Assembly (NCBI GenBank): GCA_037137535.1
Contig: JBAXKC010000006.1
Span: 1 to 64,000, forward strand
From: a bacterium
GTDB taxonomy: Bacteria; Cyanobacteriota; Vampirovibrionia; Gastranaerophilales; JBAXKC01
Length of the DNA: 64,000 bases
Direction: 5' to 3'
Shown: piece by piece, positions 46,429-56,619 of the stretch
Layout of the letters: each line of letters starts with the position of its first letter
Position numbering within the stretch: the first letter of the stretch is position 1
Translations under genes and position numbers: made by a program
The notes under the pieces: model-generated
What the model saw: the letters and a program-made list of their open reading frames with translations, nothing else
The model's database searches: none
Told to the model about the DNA's origin: nothing

Positions 46429-48201
46429 ATGAATAGTAAAAATAATGTTGCAAAAAAGTTTATGGCTTCCGCTTTGGTTATATCAGCTTTTTTTTCAATG
46501 AATACTCAATCTTTTGCTTCAAATATAAGTATTTTAAACAATAAAAAACAGGCTTATGTCGAAATTACAAAAGTAATTTATGATAAATCAATTTATACTC
46601 CTTATAAGATTGAATTGCTAAGACGATTTGCAGTTTTAAATGGAATAAATATAAATTCTGATAATCAAGAGCCGCATGATGTCAGTATTCAAAATGATAA
46701 GTCTTTAAAGGATATAGAAGATTTCAAAAAATTTGAAAATAGTTACTTAAATAAAAAAATTAATAATAAAACTTATTTTTCTTGTTTAATTAAAGAACTT
46801 TCTCATTCAGAAGATCAATCTATGAAAGATTTTGCAGGAAATATTTTAGAAACAGTTAAAGCGGATGATTATTTTTCACTTTTTGAATCATTGTTAAACT
46901 CTGATAAAGTGGAACAAAGAATAATAGCTATTAAAGGACTTTCAAGGATTGGCGATGATAAATCTCTTAATTTACTTATAGAAAGATATAAAAAAGCTGA
47001 TTTTGCAGAAAAGAAAGAATTAACCTTTTATATTGGAAAATTCAAGAATAAAAAAGCTGTTTTATTTTGTGAAAATGCTATTAAATCAGAGGCTAAGCCT
47101 GAATTATTAATTAATTTATATGTAAATATGATTAATTATGGTAAAAGCGACTATTTGGCATATTATAGAGTGAAATTATATGATAAGGATTATAATACAT
47201 CTAAATATGCACTTTTAAAATTAAATGATGTTGTGCCTGATATTGATTTTAAGTATCTTAAACAATTGATGTATCTTAATGATGGTGTTTCTAGGCTTGC
47301 TATAACTTCTTATTTTGAAAAAAGATTAAATAATAGTGCATATAAACCTTATAATTCTGAAATAATTCAGCAATTAGCTAAATATGCTTCCGATAATGCA
47401 GTTATATTAAAAATAGCTGCTGTTAAAGATCTTTCGCTTACAAATAATCCTGAAGTATGCAATGTTTTAAGACCTTTACTTAAAGATCCTCAATTAGGCG
47501 ATACGATTATAAATATAATTCTTTCATCAAAAAATCCTGCTCTTCTACCTTTGATTAAAGATATTGCAAAGATTGATAATGAAATAGTTAAGTTTTATTC
47601 AGCTCTTTCACTTTTAGATGTAGATAATAATATTTCTTTAGAATTGTTTACTCAACTTTCAAAAGACAGTGAAAGTGATAATATTCGTTTAGTTTCTACT
47701 TATATATTAGATAAATTATCCAGCCCGAGTTTACCTCCATTTAGTAAAAATACAAAATTATTTATTAATTATGTAAAAAACTTTGAAAATACAGATGATT
47801 TACTAGATATAATTTATGAAACAATTAATAATGTAAAAATTGATAATTTTAACATTAAAACCCGTCTTGCAAGCAGATCAGCGCAGTTTTTGCCATATAC
47901 TATTTCATCTGCTGAAATATCAAGTTACTTAAATTCCGATGATAACTGGATAAAACTTAATGCGGCTTTAAATCTTATTAAAAGAGGTGATAAATCTGCG
48001 TTAAACACAGTCAGAGATATTATAAAGCAGAATAAAGACCCAAAAGTCCTTTCTGCTGCCATTGAAATTATTGGTGATTATGGAGATATGTCTGATATTG
48101 AAAATCTTTCTAAAACTATGAATAATGCTTCTTACGCTAGAATAAGAGGCAATTCGGCACTTGCTATTTTAGAGATTACAAAACGAGTTAATTTGGATTA
48201 G
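46429..48201 (+). CDS. Exported HEAT-repeat protein
   Basis: Signal peptide ending SFA; repeats such as QRIIAIKGLSRIGD, IKLNAALNLIKRGD, VLSAAIEIIGDYGD. Confidence 0.78.
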   Translation: MNSKNNVAKKFMASALVISAFFSMNTQSFASNISILNNKKQAYVEITKVIYDKSIYTPYKIELLRRFAVLNGININSDNQEPHDVSIQNDKSLKDIEDFKKFENSYLNKKINNKTYFSCLIKELSHSEDQSMKDFAGNILETVKADDYFSLFESLLNSDKVEQRIIAIKGLSRIGDDKSLNLLIERYKKADFAEKKELTFYIGKFKNKKAVLFCENAIKSEAKPELLINLYVNMINYGKSDYLAYYRVKLYDKDYNTSKYALLKLNDVVPDIDFKYLKQLMYLNDGVSRLAITSYFEKRLNNSAYKPYNSEIIQQLAKYASDNAVILKIAAVKDLSLTNNPEVCNVLRPLLKDPQLGDTIINIILSSKNPALLPLIKDIAKIDNEIVKFYSALSLLDVDNNISLELFTQLSKDSESDNIRLVSTYILDKLSSPSLPPFSKNTKLFINYVKNFENTDDLLDIIYETINNVKIDNFNIKTRLASRSAQFLPYTISSAEISSYLNSDDNWIKLNAALNLIKRGDKSALNTVRDIIKQNKDPKVLSAAIEIIGDYGDMSDIENLSKTMNNASYARIRGNSALAILEITKRVNLD

Positions 48202-48246
48202 ATTGAGTTATAGAGTATTATTATAATCAGTTCTGCTTTTTCAGTT

Positions 48247-48675
48247 TTATTTATTTAATATCCAATCAGGTAAAATTGCATTTGGTGTATTTTCTTTTAT
48301 ACTAGAAACAAAGTTTTTAATTATAATTTCAGGAATTTTTTTTATTTCTTCAATATTTAAAATTGTTTCTGTTTTAAATTCATCTCTTTTAAAATTTGTA
48401 TTTGAATCTATATCGTAAATCTTCTTTCTTTTTTCGGAAATTACTAAGCTATCACCATGATTGGTAACAGCAAGTACACTAATCCCTTTTTTATTACTAA
48501 CTAAAACTTTGTCATCATCACCAATAGGAATTCCATTTAAATCAATTGTAGTTTGAGCAATTAAAGCTTGATCTTCTTCTTGAGAAGTTTGTTTTAAACA
48601 AACAACCTCCTTTGTTCGTAAATTTGTTTCACGTTGAATACCTTTAAAAGATAAATTTAAACTATTTATTAGCAT
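48247..48675 (-). CDS. Hypothetical protein with N-terminal LSFKG motif
   Basis: AAGGAG RBS before ATG at 48675 (MLINSLNLSFKG); track start 48813 lies inside a terminator. Confidence 0.75.
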   Translation of the reverse strand: MLINSLNLSFKGIQRETNLRTKEVVCLKQTSQEEDQALIAQTTIDLNGIPIGDDDKVLVSNKKGISVLAVTNHGDSLVISEKRKKIYDIDSNTNFKRDEFKTETILNIEEIKKIPEIIIKNFVSSIKENTPNAILPDWILNK

Positions 48676-48800
48676 AATCAATTCTCCTTTTTTAAAGTAT
48701 CTAATAAACTTAAAAAAAATAAACTTTAATTGCTTTTTTATCATTAATATTAAAATTTCTGAATGAATTATCCTTAGTTCATGTTGACAATGTTTTAATA

Positions 48801-48842
48801 AAAAAAAGCCCACCTGATTACATGAAAAAGGTGGGCTATTTT
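48801..48842 (-). terminator. Terminator of the glutaredoxin gene
   Basis: AGCCCACCT/AGGTGGGCT with T-run on the minus strand. Confidence 0.8.
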
Positions 48843-48856
48843 ATATTATTTTTATC

Positions 48857-49114
48857 TTATTTAAGTAATTCTTCTACTTTTCCTGCTTTATCCAATTTTT
48901 CTAAATCAGACCAACCGCCAATAAGTTTTCCGTTTATAAATATTTGAGGAACAGTTCTGCCTACGCCATTTGTGGCTTCGCTTACTATTTCTCTCATATT
49001 TCTTTCTTCGGTTAAATCTATATCGGTATATTTAATGCCTTTTTCATCAAAATATTTTTTTGCTTTTTTACAATAAGGGCAATAGTCAACTGTATACATT
49101 TTTATCTCTGCCAT
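48857..49114 (-). CDS. grxC: Glutaredoxin 3
   Basis: CPYC, TVPQIFI, IGGWSD; GGAG RBS before ATG 49114. Confidence 0.92.
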   Translation of the reverse strand: MAEIKMYTVDYCPYCKKAKKYFDEKGIKYTDIDLTEERNMREIVSEATNGVGRTVPQIFINGKLIGGWSDLEKLDKAGKVEELLK

Positions 49115-49316
49115 AGGTTTCTCCAATATTTTTTAATGTTCTTGTTAAATTGTATGTAAAAAGTTAAATATATTAAATTACTCATATGTATAATCTTTGT
49201 GGTTCTTGATTCTTTAAAAATATATATAATTAAAAATTTGAATTCAAGGCAATATTCAAATCTATAATGTTTTTATAAATATACTAAAGATGTAAAATCG
49301 TATGGGGTACTAAAAT

Positions 49317-51008
49317 ATGTTAAACTCAAGACTAAATGCTATGAGTATCAATTCTCAATCAAACTTAAAAATTAATCAGAAACGTGATAATAAAATTGCA
49401 TTATCCAGTAATCTCACTAATAAAGGCGATGAAGTTTCTTTTAGCGGCATAAATAAAAAAGCAGCTAAATCTTTTACTCAAAAATTGGGAGAATTAATTA
49501 ATGATAAGCTTGCTGCTCTTGCAGAAAGTTTATCATTAATATCAAAGACAACAGGTAAAAAACTTTCAATAAAAAACACAGGTATAGAAGAAATAAAACG
49601 AACTATACATGGGGGTTATGTTCTTGATAACACTCCTAAAGTTATTCTTTACAAAGATAAAGATGCTACAAATTTATTAAAGAAACTCACTCATTTTAAA
49701 AAAGATACTCAAATTTTAAACTACGAAGGTGGAGAAATTAGAGTAACAATAGGAAAAGAAAGCATGCTTCTTTCCAAAAAAGGTGCAATACAAATTGGTG
49801 CAGGAACAAAAGATGTTAAGATCGAAGTTTTAAAAGGAAATCCTGTTGTTGTTACAACAGGCGATAAACTTCCTGCTTGGTATAGCCCTTATAAGTCTTG
49901 TGAAAGACATGTAGCTAAATTCGATGAGCAAATTGTCGCTAATAGATATCATTATACAGGTTATATTAGTAAGGGACATTTCTCAGCTGAGGATTTAGAA
50001 AAAATGCTTCAAAATGGTATTGCAGAAGCTACTGATAATCCAAAGTTTGTAAAATTTAAAGAATTTGAAACTCCTGAAAAGATAGAGCTTGCATTAAAAA
50101 ATGCTGAAGTTAAAGATAGTAATATTAGCGGCATTATTACTCAATGGAGTAATTCAAAACAACGTATGCTTTCAGGTTTGAATTTAGGAACATTTAGTAT
50201 AAAAAATGATCTAGCAGGACTATCAGAAAATTCCCTTCAAGCTTTAAAGGAAAATGGAATATTTGTTCAAAATTTACCCGAGATAAATACAGATACGCTT
50301 ACTTGGGCAAAATTTCATACAAAGGATGAACTTACACAGCTTATGAATAAATCCGGTATTGTAGATAAAGATCAAAAAATAATTTTAAATACTTATGATA
50401 AAACATATAAAGCAGGTTATGACTTTTCAGGTCTTGCTTTTGAACCTCAAAACGGAAAGCCTGTCACTGTATATGAAGATGAATTCAGAATAATAGTACC
50501 TAATCAAAAGAAAACAGAATGGATATTAAACTCTACTGTTTGGCCGGGAAAAGAAAGAACTGGTTTTGTTACAGGTGAATCATGGGTAAATTATTCCCGA
50601 CCTGACGGAAAAACGGGCTTATTCCCAAGAGGTGCTGAACAATTACATATACATCCGGATGATGAGTTCGGAAGTCAATCAGAAATTTATCTTGTTCAAG
50701 GAAAAGCTCCGGCATCATTATCCGTTTTTCCTAATGGTGAAATGCAACATGTTGTAATGGAAAATGGTGATATGGTAAAAGTTAATCCTATGTTGGCTCA
50801 TCAAGTTTCTGCAGAAGCTGGAGATGGTGAATATAGACACTCTTTATTTCAAACAAGATGTGCTTTTCATCAAACATACGATGGTTTAGGTGAACCTTTA
50901 CCTACTTTTAAAGTTAATAAAAATGCTGAAGATTATGGGACAACCGCTGAGGCTATAATTCAAGGTGGTATTGATGCTATTAATAATCTAAAGAATAAAT
51001 CTGAATAA
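49317..51008 (+). CDS. Hypothetical protein with N-terminal VSFSG motif and C-terminal cupin-like domain
   Basis: LHIHP...SEIYLVQG and GDMVKVNPMLAH match the two cupin motifs. Confidence 0.7.
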   Translation: MLNSRLNAMSINSQSNLKINQKRDNKIALSSNLTNKGDEVSFSGINKKAAKSFTQKLGELINDKLAALAESLSLISKTTGKKLSIKNTGIEEIKRTIHGGYVLDNTPKVILYKDKDATNLLKKLTHFKKDTQILNYEGGEIRVTIGKESMLLSKKGAIQIGAGTKDVKIEVLKGNPVVVTTGDKLPAWYSPYKSCERHVAKFDEQIVANRYHYTGYISKGHFSAEDLEKMLQNGIAEATDNPKFVKFKEFETPEKIELALKNAEVKDSNISGIITQWSNSKQRMLSGLNLGTFSIKNDLAGLSENSLQALKENGIFVQNLPEINTDTLTWAKFHTKDELTQLMNKSGIVDKDQKIILNTYDKTYKAGYDFSGLAFEPQNGKPVTVYEDEFRIIVPNQKKTEWILNSTVWPGKERTGFVTGESWVNYSRPDGKTGLFPRGAEQLHIHPDDEFGSQSEIYLVQGKAPASLSVFPNGEMQHVVMENGDMVKVNPMLAHQVSAEAGDGEYRHSLFQTRCAFHQTYDGLGEPLPTFKVNKNAEDYGTTAEAIIQGGIDAINNLKNKSE

Positions 51009-51051
51009 TTTTTAGAATTATATATTGATAAAATCATTATTAATTCAACAA

Positions 51052-51093
51052 ATAATCCTGCCAAGTTACGTTAAGTTCCTTGTCAGGATTATT
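51052..51093. terminator. Hairpin between convergent genes
   Basis: AATAATCCTG.CAAG/CTTG.CAGGATTATT. Confidence 0.65.
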
Positions 51094-51144
51094 GTATTTA
51101 AAATCATATGGTAATACAGCACTTAATAAAACATTATGCTTTGC

Positions 51145-51606
51145 TTATGTTAAGCCAACACCTAATTGCATATTTATATCATCTACTGTGAATTGAAGTA
51201 ATATAATCATAGGAGCTGAAACTTTAATTGTTCCATTTTTACCAAAGATAAGCGTTGGGGGCGATATATCCAGTCCATTAACACCAATTTGAGATAAATT
51301 AGTACAAGCGTTAGCACAAACAATATTACTCATTTCGGCTAGGGCACTTTGCGAAATTTCATCAAATTCGTTAACTTCCATTCCCATCATCATTTTAGAT
51401 GCAAATTTTTTTGCTGAATCAACGTCCATTAAAAAAACAATAGATCCCTTTAGTTGCCCAATAACACCAATATTAATAACTACACCGGGATTTTGTATAA
51501 ATGACCCCGAGGCCTTTACTCCTGTTTTAGTTATTGATTCAAAACCTAGTTGCGGAATAACCGACAACATTGCATCTACAACTGCATTTATATTATTTAC
51601 ATCCAT
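51145..51606 (-). CDS. cheX: Chemotaxis phosphatase CheX
   Basis: IGVIGQLKGSIV, SALAEMSNIV (ExxN), DISPPTL. Confidence 0.88.
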   Translation of the reverse strand: MDVNNINAVVDAMLSVIPQLGFESITKTGVKASGSFIQNPGVVINIGVIGQLKGSIVFLMDVDSAKKFASKMMMGMEVNEFDEISQSALAEMSNIVCANACTNLSQIGVNGLDISPPTLIFGKNGTIKVSAPMIILLQFTVDDINMQLGVGLT

Positions 51607-52457
51607 AAAATTGAACCCTTTTGAAATCCATAACTCAATTCAATATCACCAAAATTAGTTTTTGCTATTATAGCATGAGTTTCTACCTGAGGATGAACGA
51701 CTTCTGTTGAAGGTCCGCAGAAAATACTTGGAGGTGAAACTCTTAAACTTAACGACTTTTCTTTTTTATTAAGCATTGAGCAGGCGATACCGCCAATAAT
51801 ATTAGCAAATTCTGAAAACATTGAAATTATTTCATCATTATTTTTAGCCGGTCTTTTTAAAATAACTTCAGTCATTTTAGAAGCTGTTTCAAGAGAAGTA
51901 TCCATTACGATTATTCCTGAATACATTCCTATTACACCGATTACAACAGTAATTCCTCTTGACATATTTACTTTAGCTAATTTTTTATCTTCGTCAGATA
52001 TTTCAGCAGTTGTTTTTGTTAGTCTTGTAATATTTTGAGATAAAGCTTCTCTAAAAACAGTTGAACTCCAAGAGCTTAATTTGTCGTATATAGTATCAGG
52101 CGTTAAGATTTTATTGATAATATCAACTAAACTTTCTTCTTCCGCAGGTTTTTGAAGATACCCCGAAAAGCCAAGATGTTTTGCTTTTAAAATGGTTTCT
52201 TCATCTTTCATAGAGCTTATTAATAATATTTTTGCAGTTTTATCCTGTAATAATATTTCTTTTCCACATTCAAAACCATCTTTACCAGGCATTGCTATAT
52301 CCATAGTAACAAGATCAGGCTTACAATTATTGTATGTTTCCATTAATCCATCAAAAGACTCTGCCTCGCCAACTACTTCATGTCCATTTTCTTCAAGAGT
52401 TCCAGCCAGAATTGTCCTCGAAAATGCTGAATCATCAACAATCATAACTTTTGCCAT
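51597..52457 (-). CDS. CheY-like receiver fused to CheX domain
   Basis: IVDDSAFSR, TMDIAMP, QKP; then IGVIG, SEFANIIGG, VSPPS. Confidence 0.88.
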   Translation of the reverse strand: MAKVMIVDDSAFSRTILAGTLEENGHEVVGEAESFDGLMETYNNCKPDLVTMDIAMPGKDGFECGKEILLQDKTAKILLISSMKDEETILKAKHLGFSGYLQKPAEEESLVDIINKILTPDTIYDKLSSWSSTVFREALSQNITRLTKTTAEISDEDKKLAKVNMSRGITVVIGVIGMYSGIIVMDTSLETASKMTEVILKRPAKNNDEIISMFSEFANIIGGIACSMLNKKEKSLSLRVSPPSIFCGPSTEVVHPQVETHAIIAKTNFGDIELSYGFQKGSILWM

Positions 52458-52625
52458 ACTAATTATACCTCAACTTTATAAGTACAAACAAATTATAGCA
52501 ATAATTTCAGAATAAATAAAGTTCTAAATTATATTTGAATTAATAAATTATAAAAATAATATAAATATATATAAATATATATTGCTCTTGACTTTTGTAT
52601 TTTAATTTATAGTTGACTATAAAGT

Positions 52626-52958
52626 CTAGCTAAAACTTTTGATTAAATCTTCAAGTTGGTATTTATGTAAAAATCCTGTAATGGTATTTATTGTTTTTCT
52701 ATTCTTTACCAATAAGAAGGTTGGAATTGAGTTTATTTTATATTCAGAGGATTTAATCGGATTTTCATTAGTATTTACAGTTACAAATCTAACTTTTTCT
52801 TTATATTTTAAAAATAATTCTTTATAAAGTGGTATCTCATTTCTGCAATATCCGCAATTTTTTGAATAAAAGAATACAATAACAGGCAGAGTTGATCTTT
52901 TTACTTCCTGTTCAAAAGTATTATCTGTAGCTTCAATAATTTCTATCATATTTGTCAC
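52626..52958 (-). CDS. Thioredoxin-family protein
   Basis: FEQEV..PVIVFFY..CGYC..SIPTF. Confidence 0.85.
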   Translation of the reverse strand: MTNMIEIIEATDNTFEQEVKRSTLPVIVFFYSKNCGYCRNEIPLYKELFLKYKEKVRFVTVNTNENPIKSSEYKINSIPTFLLVKNRKTINTITGFLHKYQLEDLIKSFS

Positions 52959-53070
52959 CTATAAAAGAAGTTATATTCAAATAACAGTATATAATATTTT
53001 TTATCCTATTGGCTATTAACATTAATGCTTATATTTGATAAGATTTAAGTTCGAAATAAAAGAGGTAAAT

Positions 53071-53655
53071 ATGATTAAATTAAATAAGAATATCTGGATA
53101 TTATCTGTTTTTCTGATTTTTATAACTACAATTACTTCCGCATATTCTATTTTAGATAACTTTTATTCCAATACTCCCGATAAAACATTAGTTACAAAAC
53201 AACTAGGGGATTTTTCAGTTTTACCGAAAAATTATAAGTTAATAAAATATGTAAATTTGTTTGGAGTGTCGGCTGTCTTTGCTGAAAATAATCAAAATAA
53301 ACAAAAGATAGGAATAATAAATCCTGGTTCGTTTCTCGTTGTTTCTAAACAAAATATTGAAAATAATATTATTGATCAACAATTAAATAATTTGAATTCA
53401 CAAATTCCTTTTCAGCTTGTAAATCTTCAAAATCTAAATATTATAAAAAAGGGATCTTTTAATGTAAATCAACAAAAAGTTCCTTATATAAAAATAAATG
53501 TTCAGCTTGCTGGTTTTGTGAATTGCAAAATAGAAGGTATTTTGGGCGTGATTGAAGCAAAAAACAAGAAAAATAATTTTATTTTTGCGGTAAATAATCC
53601 AGGTGAATATAATCAAAACATGACTGAATCTTTTATTAAATCTACAGCTAAATAG
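53071..53655 (+). CDS. Hypothetical exported protein
   Basis: GAGG RBS before ATG 53071; N-terminal hydrophobic segment. Confidence 0.7.
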   Translation: MIKLNKNIWILSVFLIFITTITSAYSILDNFYSNTPDKTLVTKQLGDFSVLPKNYKLIKYVNLFGVSAVFAENNQNKQKIGIINPGSFLVVSKQNIENNIIDQQLNNLNSQIPFQLVNLQNLNIIKKGSFNVNQQKVPYIKINVQLAGFVNCKIEGILGVIEAKNKKNNFIFAVNNPGEYNQNMTESFIKSTAK

Positions 53656-53683
53656 TTATAATGTAATTCAATATAGTAGTATA

Positions 53684-54124
53684 TTATTTATTTTGTTTTG
53701 TATTAAGAAACTCCGCAAAGTCTTTATCTAATCCTATTAAATGATTATGTAACCATTCAAACATAGTGGAGCATAAATGTATTGCAAATACTCGAGTTAA
53801 TTCTTTCTTAGGAGAATCATTAAACTCAAGATAATAATAATTATATCTTATTTTTTCATACACGTTTTTAAAATTAGCATGGGCAGCTTGATGATTATTA
53901 ATATCTTTAAAGTTATATAATTTCATATAACTTTCTTCTGTGTTGAAATGGTTATTTATATAAGTATCAAGTTTTTCTATTAATTCGATTATGATGGCTC
54001 TGTCCATGTCTTCTTCTATGGCATCGTATAAATCATTGACTGATTGCACAACATCTTTATGTTGCTCGTCAATCTCTTTTACGCCTAAACAAAGCATATC
54101 ACTCCACACAATTTTATTATTCAT
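53684..54124 (-). CDS. Bacteriohemerythrin
   Basis: W...GVKEIDEQH, HFNTEE, HQAAH, WLHNHLIGLD. Confidence 0.92.
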   Translation of the reverse strand: MNNKIVWSDMLCLGVKEIDEQHKDVVQSVNDLYDAIEEDMDRAIIIELIEKLDTYINNHFNTEESYMKLYNFKDINNHQAAHANFKNVYEKIRYNYYYLEFNDSPKKELTRVFAIHLCSTMFEWLHNHLIGLDKDFAEFLNTKQNK

Positions 54125-54340
54125 TTTAACCCTTTTAACTTGATCGCCACTAATTAGTAGTATTTTATCAAATATATCGTTTTATATGTACTTTTACATT
54201 GATTAATTTTTAATTTTAATTATACACTTTAACCATTATATAAAATAAATAATCTGATATTAATGTCCAATTGGCTGATACTACTGTGGGACAAAGAAGT
54301 AAAAATAAATAGTATTAATAAATATTTAAGAGGTAAACAA

Positions 54341-54817
54341 ATGACTTCTTATGAAATACTACCTGAAAAATTAGCCGATTCTATTTCAAATTGGAAGGAT
54401 AAAAAAGGCAGTTTAATCATGATTTTACATGATGTTCAGGATTTTTACGGTTATGTTCCAAAAAATCTATGTTTTACACTGGCTAAAACTCTTAAAATTC
54501 CTCTTGCCAGAATTTATGAAGTTTTAACGTTTTATAACTATTTTAGGCTTAAAAAACCTGCAAAAAATAAAATTTCAATTTGTATGGGTACGGCATGTTA
54601 TTTAAAAGGTGCTCCTCTCCTTCTTGAAACAATAAAAGAACAATTAAAGATTAACGAAGGTCAAATAACTGCAGATGGACAATTTGGATTAGAAAATGTC
54701 CGATGTGTCGGCTGTTGCGGCTTATCTCCTGTTGTTGCCGTAAACGGTAAAATTTATGGAAAACTTGATAAAGTAAAAATATTAAATATATTAAATGAAT
54801 ATAAAAAGGAAGGGTAA
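54341..54817 (+). CDS. hydC: [FeFe]-hydrogenase subunit gamma (NuoE-like [2Fe-2S])
   Basis: CMGTACYLKG, RCVGCCGLSP; GAGG RBS before ATG 54341. Confidence 0.9.
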   Translation: MTSYEILPEKLADSISNWKDKKGSLIMILHDVQDFYGYVPKNLCFTLAKTLKIPLARIYEVLTFYNYFRLKKPAKNKISICMGTACYLKGAPLLLETIKEQLKINEGQITADGQFGLENVRCVGCCGLSPVVAVNGKIYGKLDKVKILNILNEYKKEG

Positions 54818-54822
54818 GCTGC

Positions 54823-56616
54823 ATGCCAAAATTAACAAAAAACTTTCCTGATAAATATATTGAAAATAATGAACAGGATTTTATAAAAGTCGGAATGAGT
54901 AGTTGTGGTATTGCGGCCGGTGCTGATGAAATATATGAGGCTTTACTAAATAAGGTAAAAGAAGAAAACCTTCCGATTGAAATTAAAAAATGCGGTTGCC
55001 TTGGAATGTGTTATGCAGAACCGATTATAGAGGTTAAAACAGGTAATACTCCTTCAGTTAAATATAGAAATCTGGATGTTGAAAAATCTCTAAATATCCT
55101 TGAAAATACAGTATTAAATAAAGAATATGATAAAAACCTTTTAATAAAAGAAAATGGCAAACAGAAAAAAGTTGTTCTTCAACATTGCGGAATAATTGAT
55201 CCTGAAAATATCGAAGATTATCTTTCGATAAAAGGTTATCAATCTTTAAGAAAAGTTCTTTTTGAACTTGGGGCAGATAAAACGCTTGAAGAAGTTAAAA
55301 AAAGTGGTTTAAGAGGTCGTGGTGGAGCAGGTTATCCTACATGGCAAAAATGGACCGTAGCAAAAGAAATTAAGACAGCCGAAAATAAATTTATAATCTG
55401 TAACGGTGATGAAGGTGATCCCGGTGCTTATATGGATAGAAGTATGCTTGAGGGTGATCCGCATTCTGTGATTGAAGGACTTATGATTGCAGGTTATACA
55501 ATAGGAGCTTCTAAAGGTATTTTTTACATTAGAGCAGAATATCCTCTTGCCGTAGAACGTGTTCAAAAAGCATTAGATCAATGTTATGAATATGGATTAC
55601 TCGGAGAAAATATTCTTGAATCAGGTTTTAAATTTGATGTTGAAATAAGACTTGGCGCAGGGGCGTTTGTTTGCGGCGAAGAAACAGCTCTTATTGCTTC
55701 AATAGAAGGTAAAAGAGGTTATCCACGTCCACGTCCTCCTTTTCCTGCAACTCAAGGCTTGTGGGATATGCCTACAATTATAAATAACGTTGAAACGCTC
55801 TCTAATCTTCCTTATCTGATTTCTAACGGAGGAGGATTTTTTGCTCAAATCGGAACTGAAAAATCAAAAGGAACTAAAGTTTTTGCCTTAACAGGAAAAG
55901 TAAAAAAGCCAGGGCTTGCAGAAGTCCCAATGGGCACAACATTAAGAGATATTATTTATGCTATCGGCGGCGGGATAAGCAAAGATAAAGAATTTAAGGC
56001 AGTACAAACAGGCGGACCATCAGGTGGTCTTATTCCTAAAGAGCTTTTAGATACAGAGGTCAGCTATGAAAGTCTTGTAGAACTTGGCTCAATTATGGGG
56101 TCAGGCGGGATGATTATTATGGATGAAGATGATTGCGTTGTCGATATTGCAAAATTCTTTATTGAATTTTCCGTTGATGAATCCTGTGGGAAATGCGCAC
56201 CTTGTAGAATTGGCAGCACTCAATTATTAAAAATCTTAGAACGTATTTCTGACGGAAAAGGCAAGCTTGAAGATTTAGATAAATTGAAAAAAATTTCTAT
56301 TGCAATGCAAAAGGCTTCACTTTGTGGACTTGGACAAACAGCTCCTAAACCCGTACTTTCAACATTAAGATACTTTGAAGAGGAGTATATTGAGCATATT
56401 ACAGCTAAAAAATGTAGAGCCGGTCAATGTGTTGCTTTAAAAAAATATTCAGTTGATCAACATCATTGCGTGAAATGTGGAGCTTGCTTCAAAGAATGTC
56501 CTGTATCAGCTATTAAAGGAAACAGGCAGGAAGGTTATGAAGTTATTTCCGAGAAGTGCATAAAATGCGGTAAATGTTATGACGCTTGTAAGTTTGATGC
56601 GATAAAAAGGAATTAA
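54823..56616 (+). CDS. hydB: [FeFe]-hydrogenase subunit beta (NuoF-like, FMN/NADH)
   Basis: N-terminal thioredoxin-like 2Fe-2S domain, SGLRGRGGAG, DEGDPGAYMD, GGPSGG, SCGKCAPCR, C-terminal 2x[4Fe-4S]. Confidence 0.92.
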   Translation: MPKLTKNFPDKYIENNEQDFIKVGMSSCGIAAGADEIYEALLNKVKEENLPIEIKKCGCLGMCYAEPIIEVKTGNTPSVKYRNLDVEKSLNILENTVLNKEYDKNLLIKENGKQKKVVLQHCGIIDPENIEDYLSIKGYQSLRKVLFELGADKTLEEVKKSGLRGRGGAGYPTWQKWTVAKEIKTAENKFIICNGDEGDPGAYMDRSMLEGDPHSVIEGLMIAGYTIGASKGIFYIRAEYPLAVERVQKALDQCYEYGLLGENILESGFKFDVEIRLGAGAFVCGEETALIASIEGKRGYPRPRPPFPATQGLWDMPTIINNVETLSNLPYLISNGGGFFAQIGTEKSKGTKVFALTGKVKKPGLAEVPMGTTLRDIIYAIGGGISKDKEFKAVQTGGPSGGLIPKELLDTEVSYESLVELGSIMGSGGMIIMDEDDCVVDIAKFFIEFSVDESCGKCAPCRIGSTQLLKILERISDGKGKLEDLDKLKKISIAMQKASLCGLGQTAPKPVLSTLRYFEEEYIEHITAKKCRAGQCVALKKYSVDQHHCVKCGACFKECPVSAIKGNRQEGYEVISEKCIKCGKCYDACKFDAIKRN

Positions 56617-56619
56617 TAA

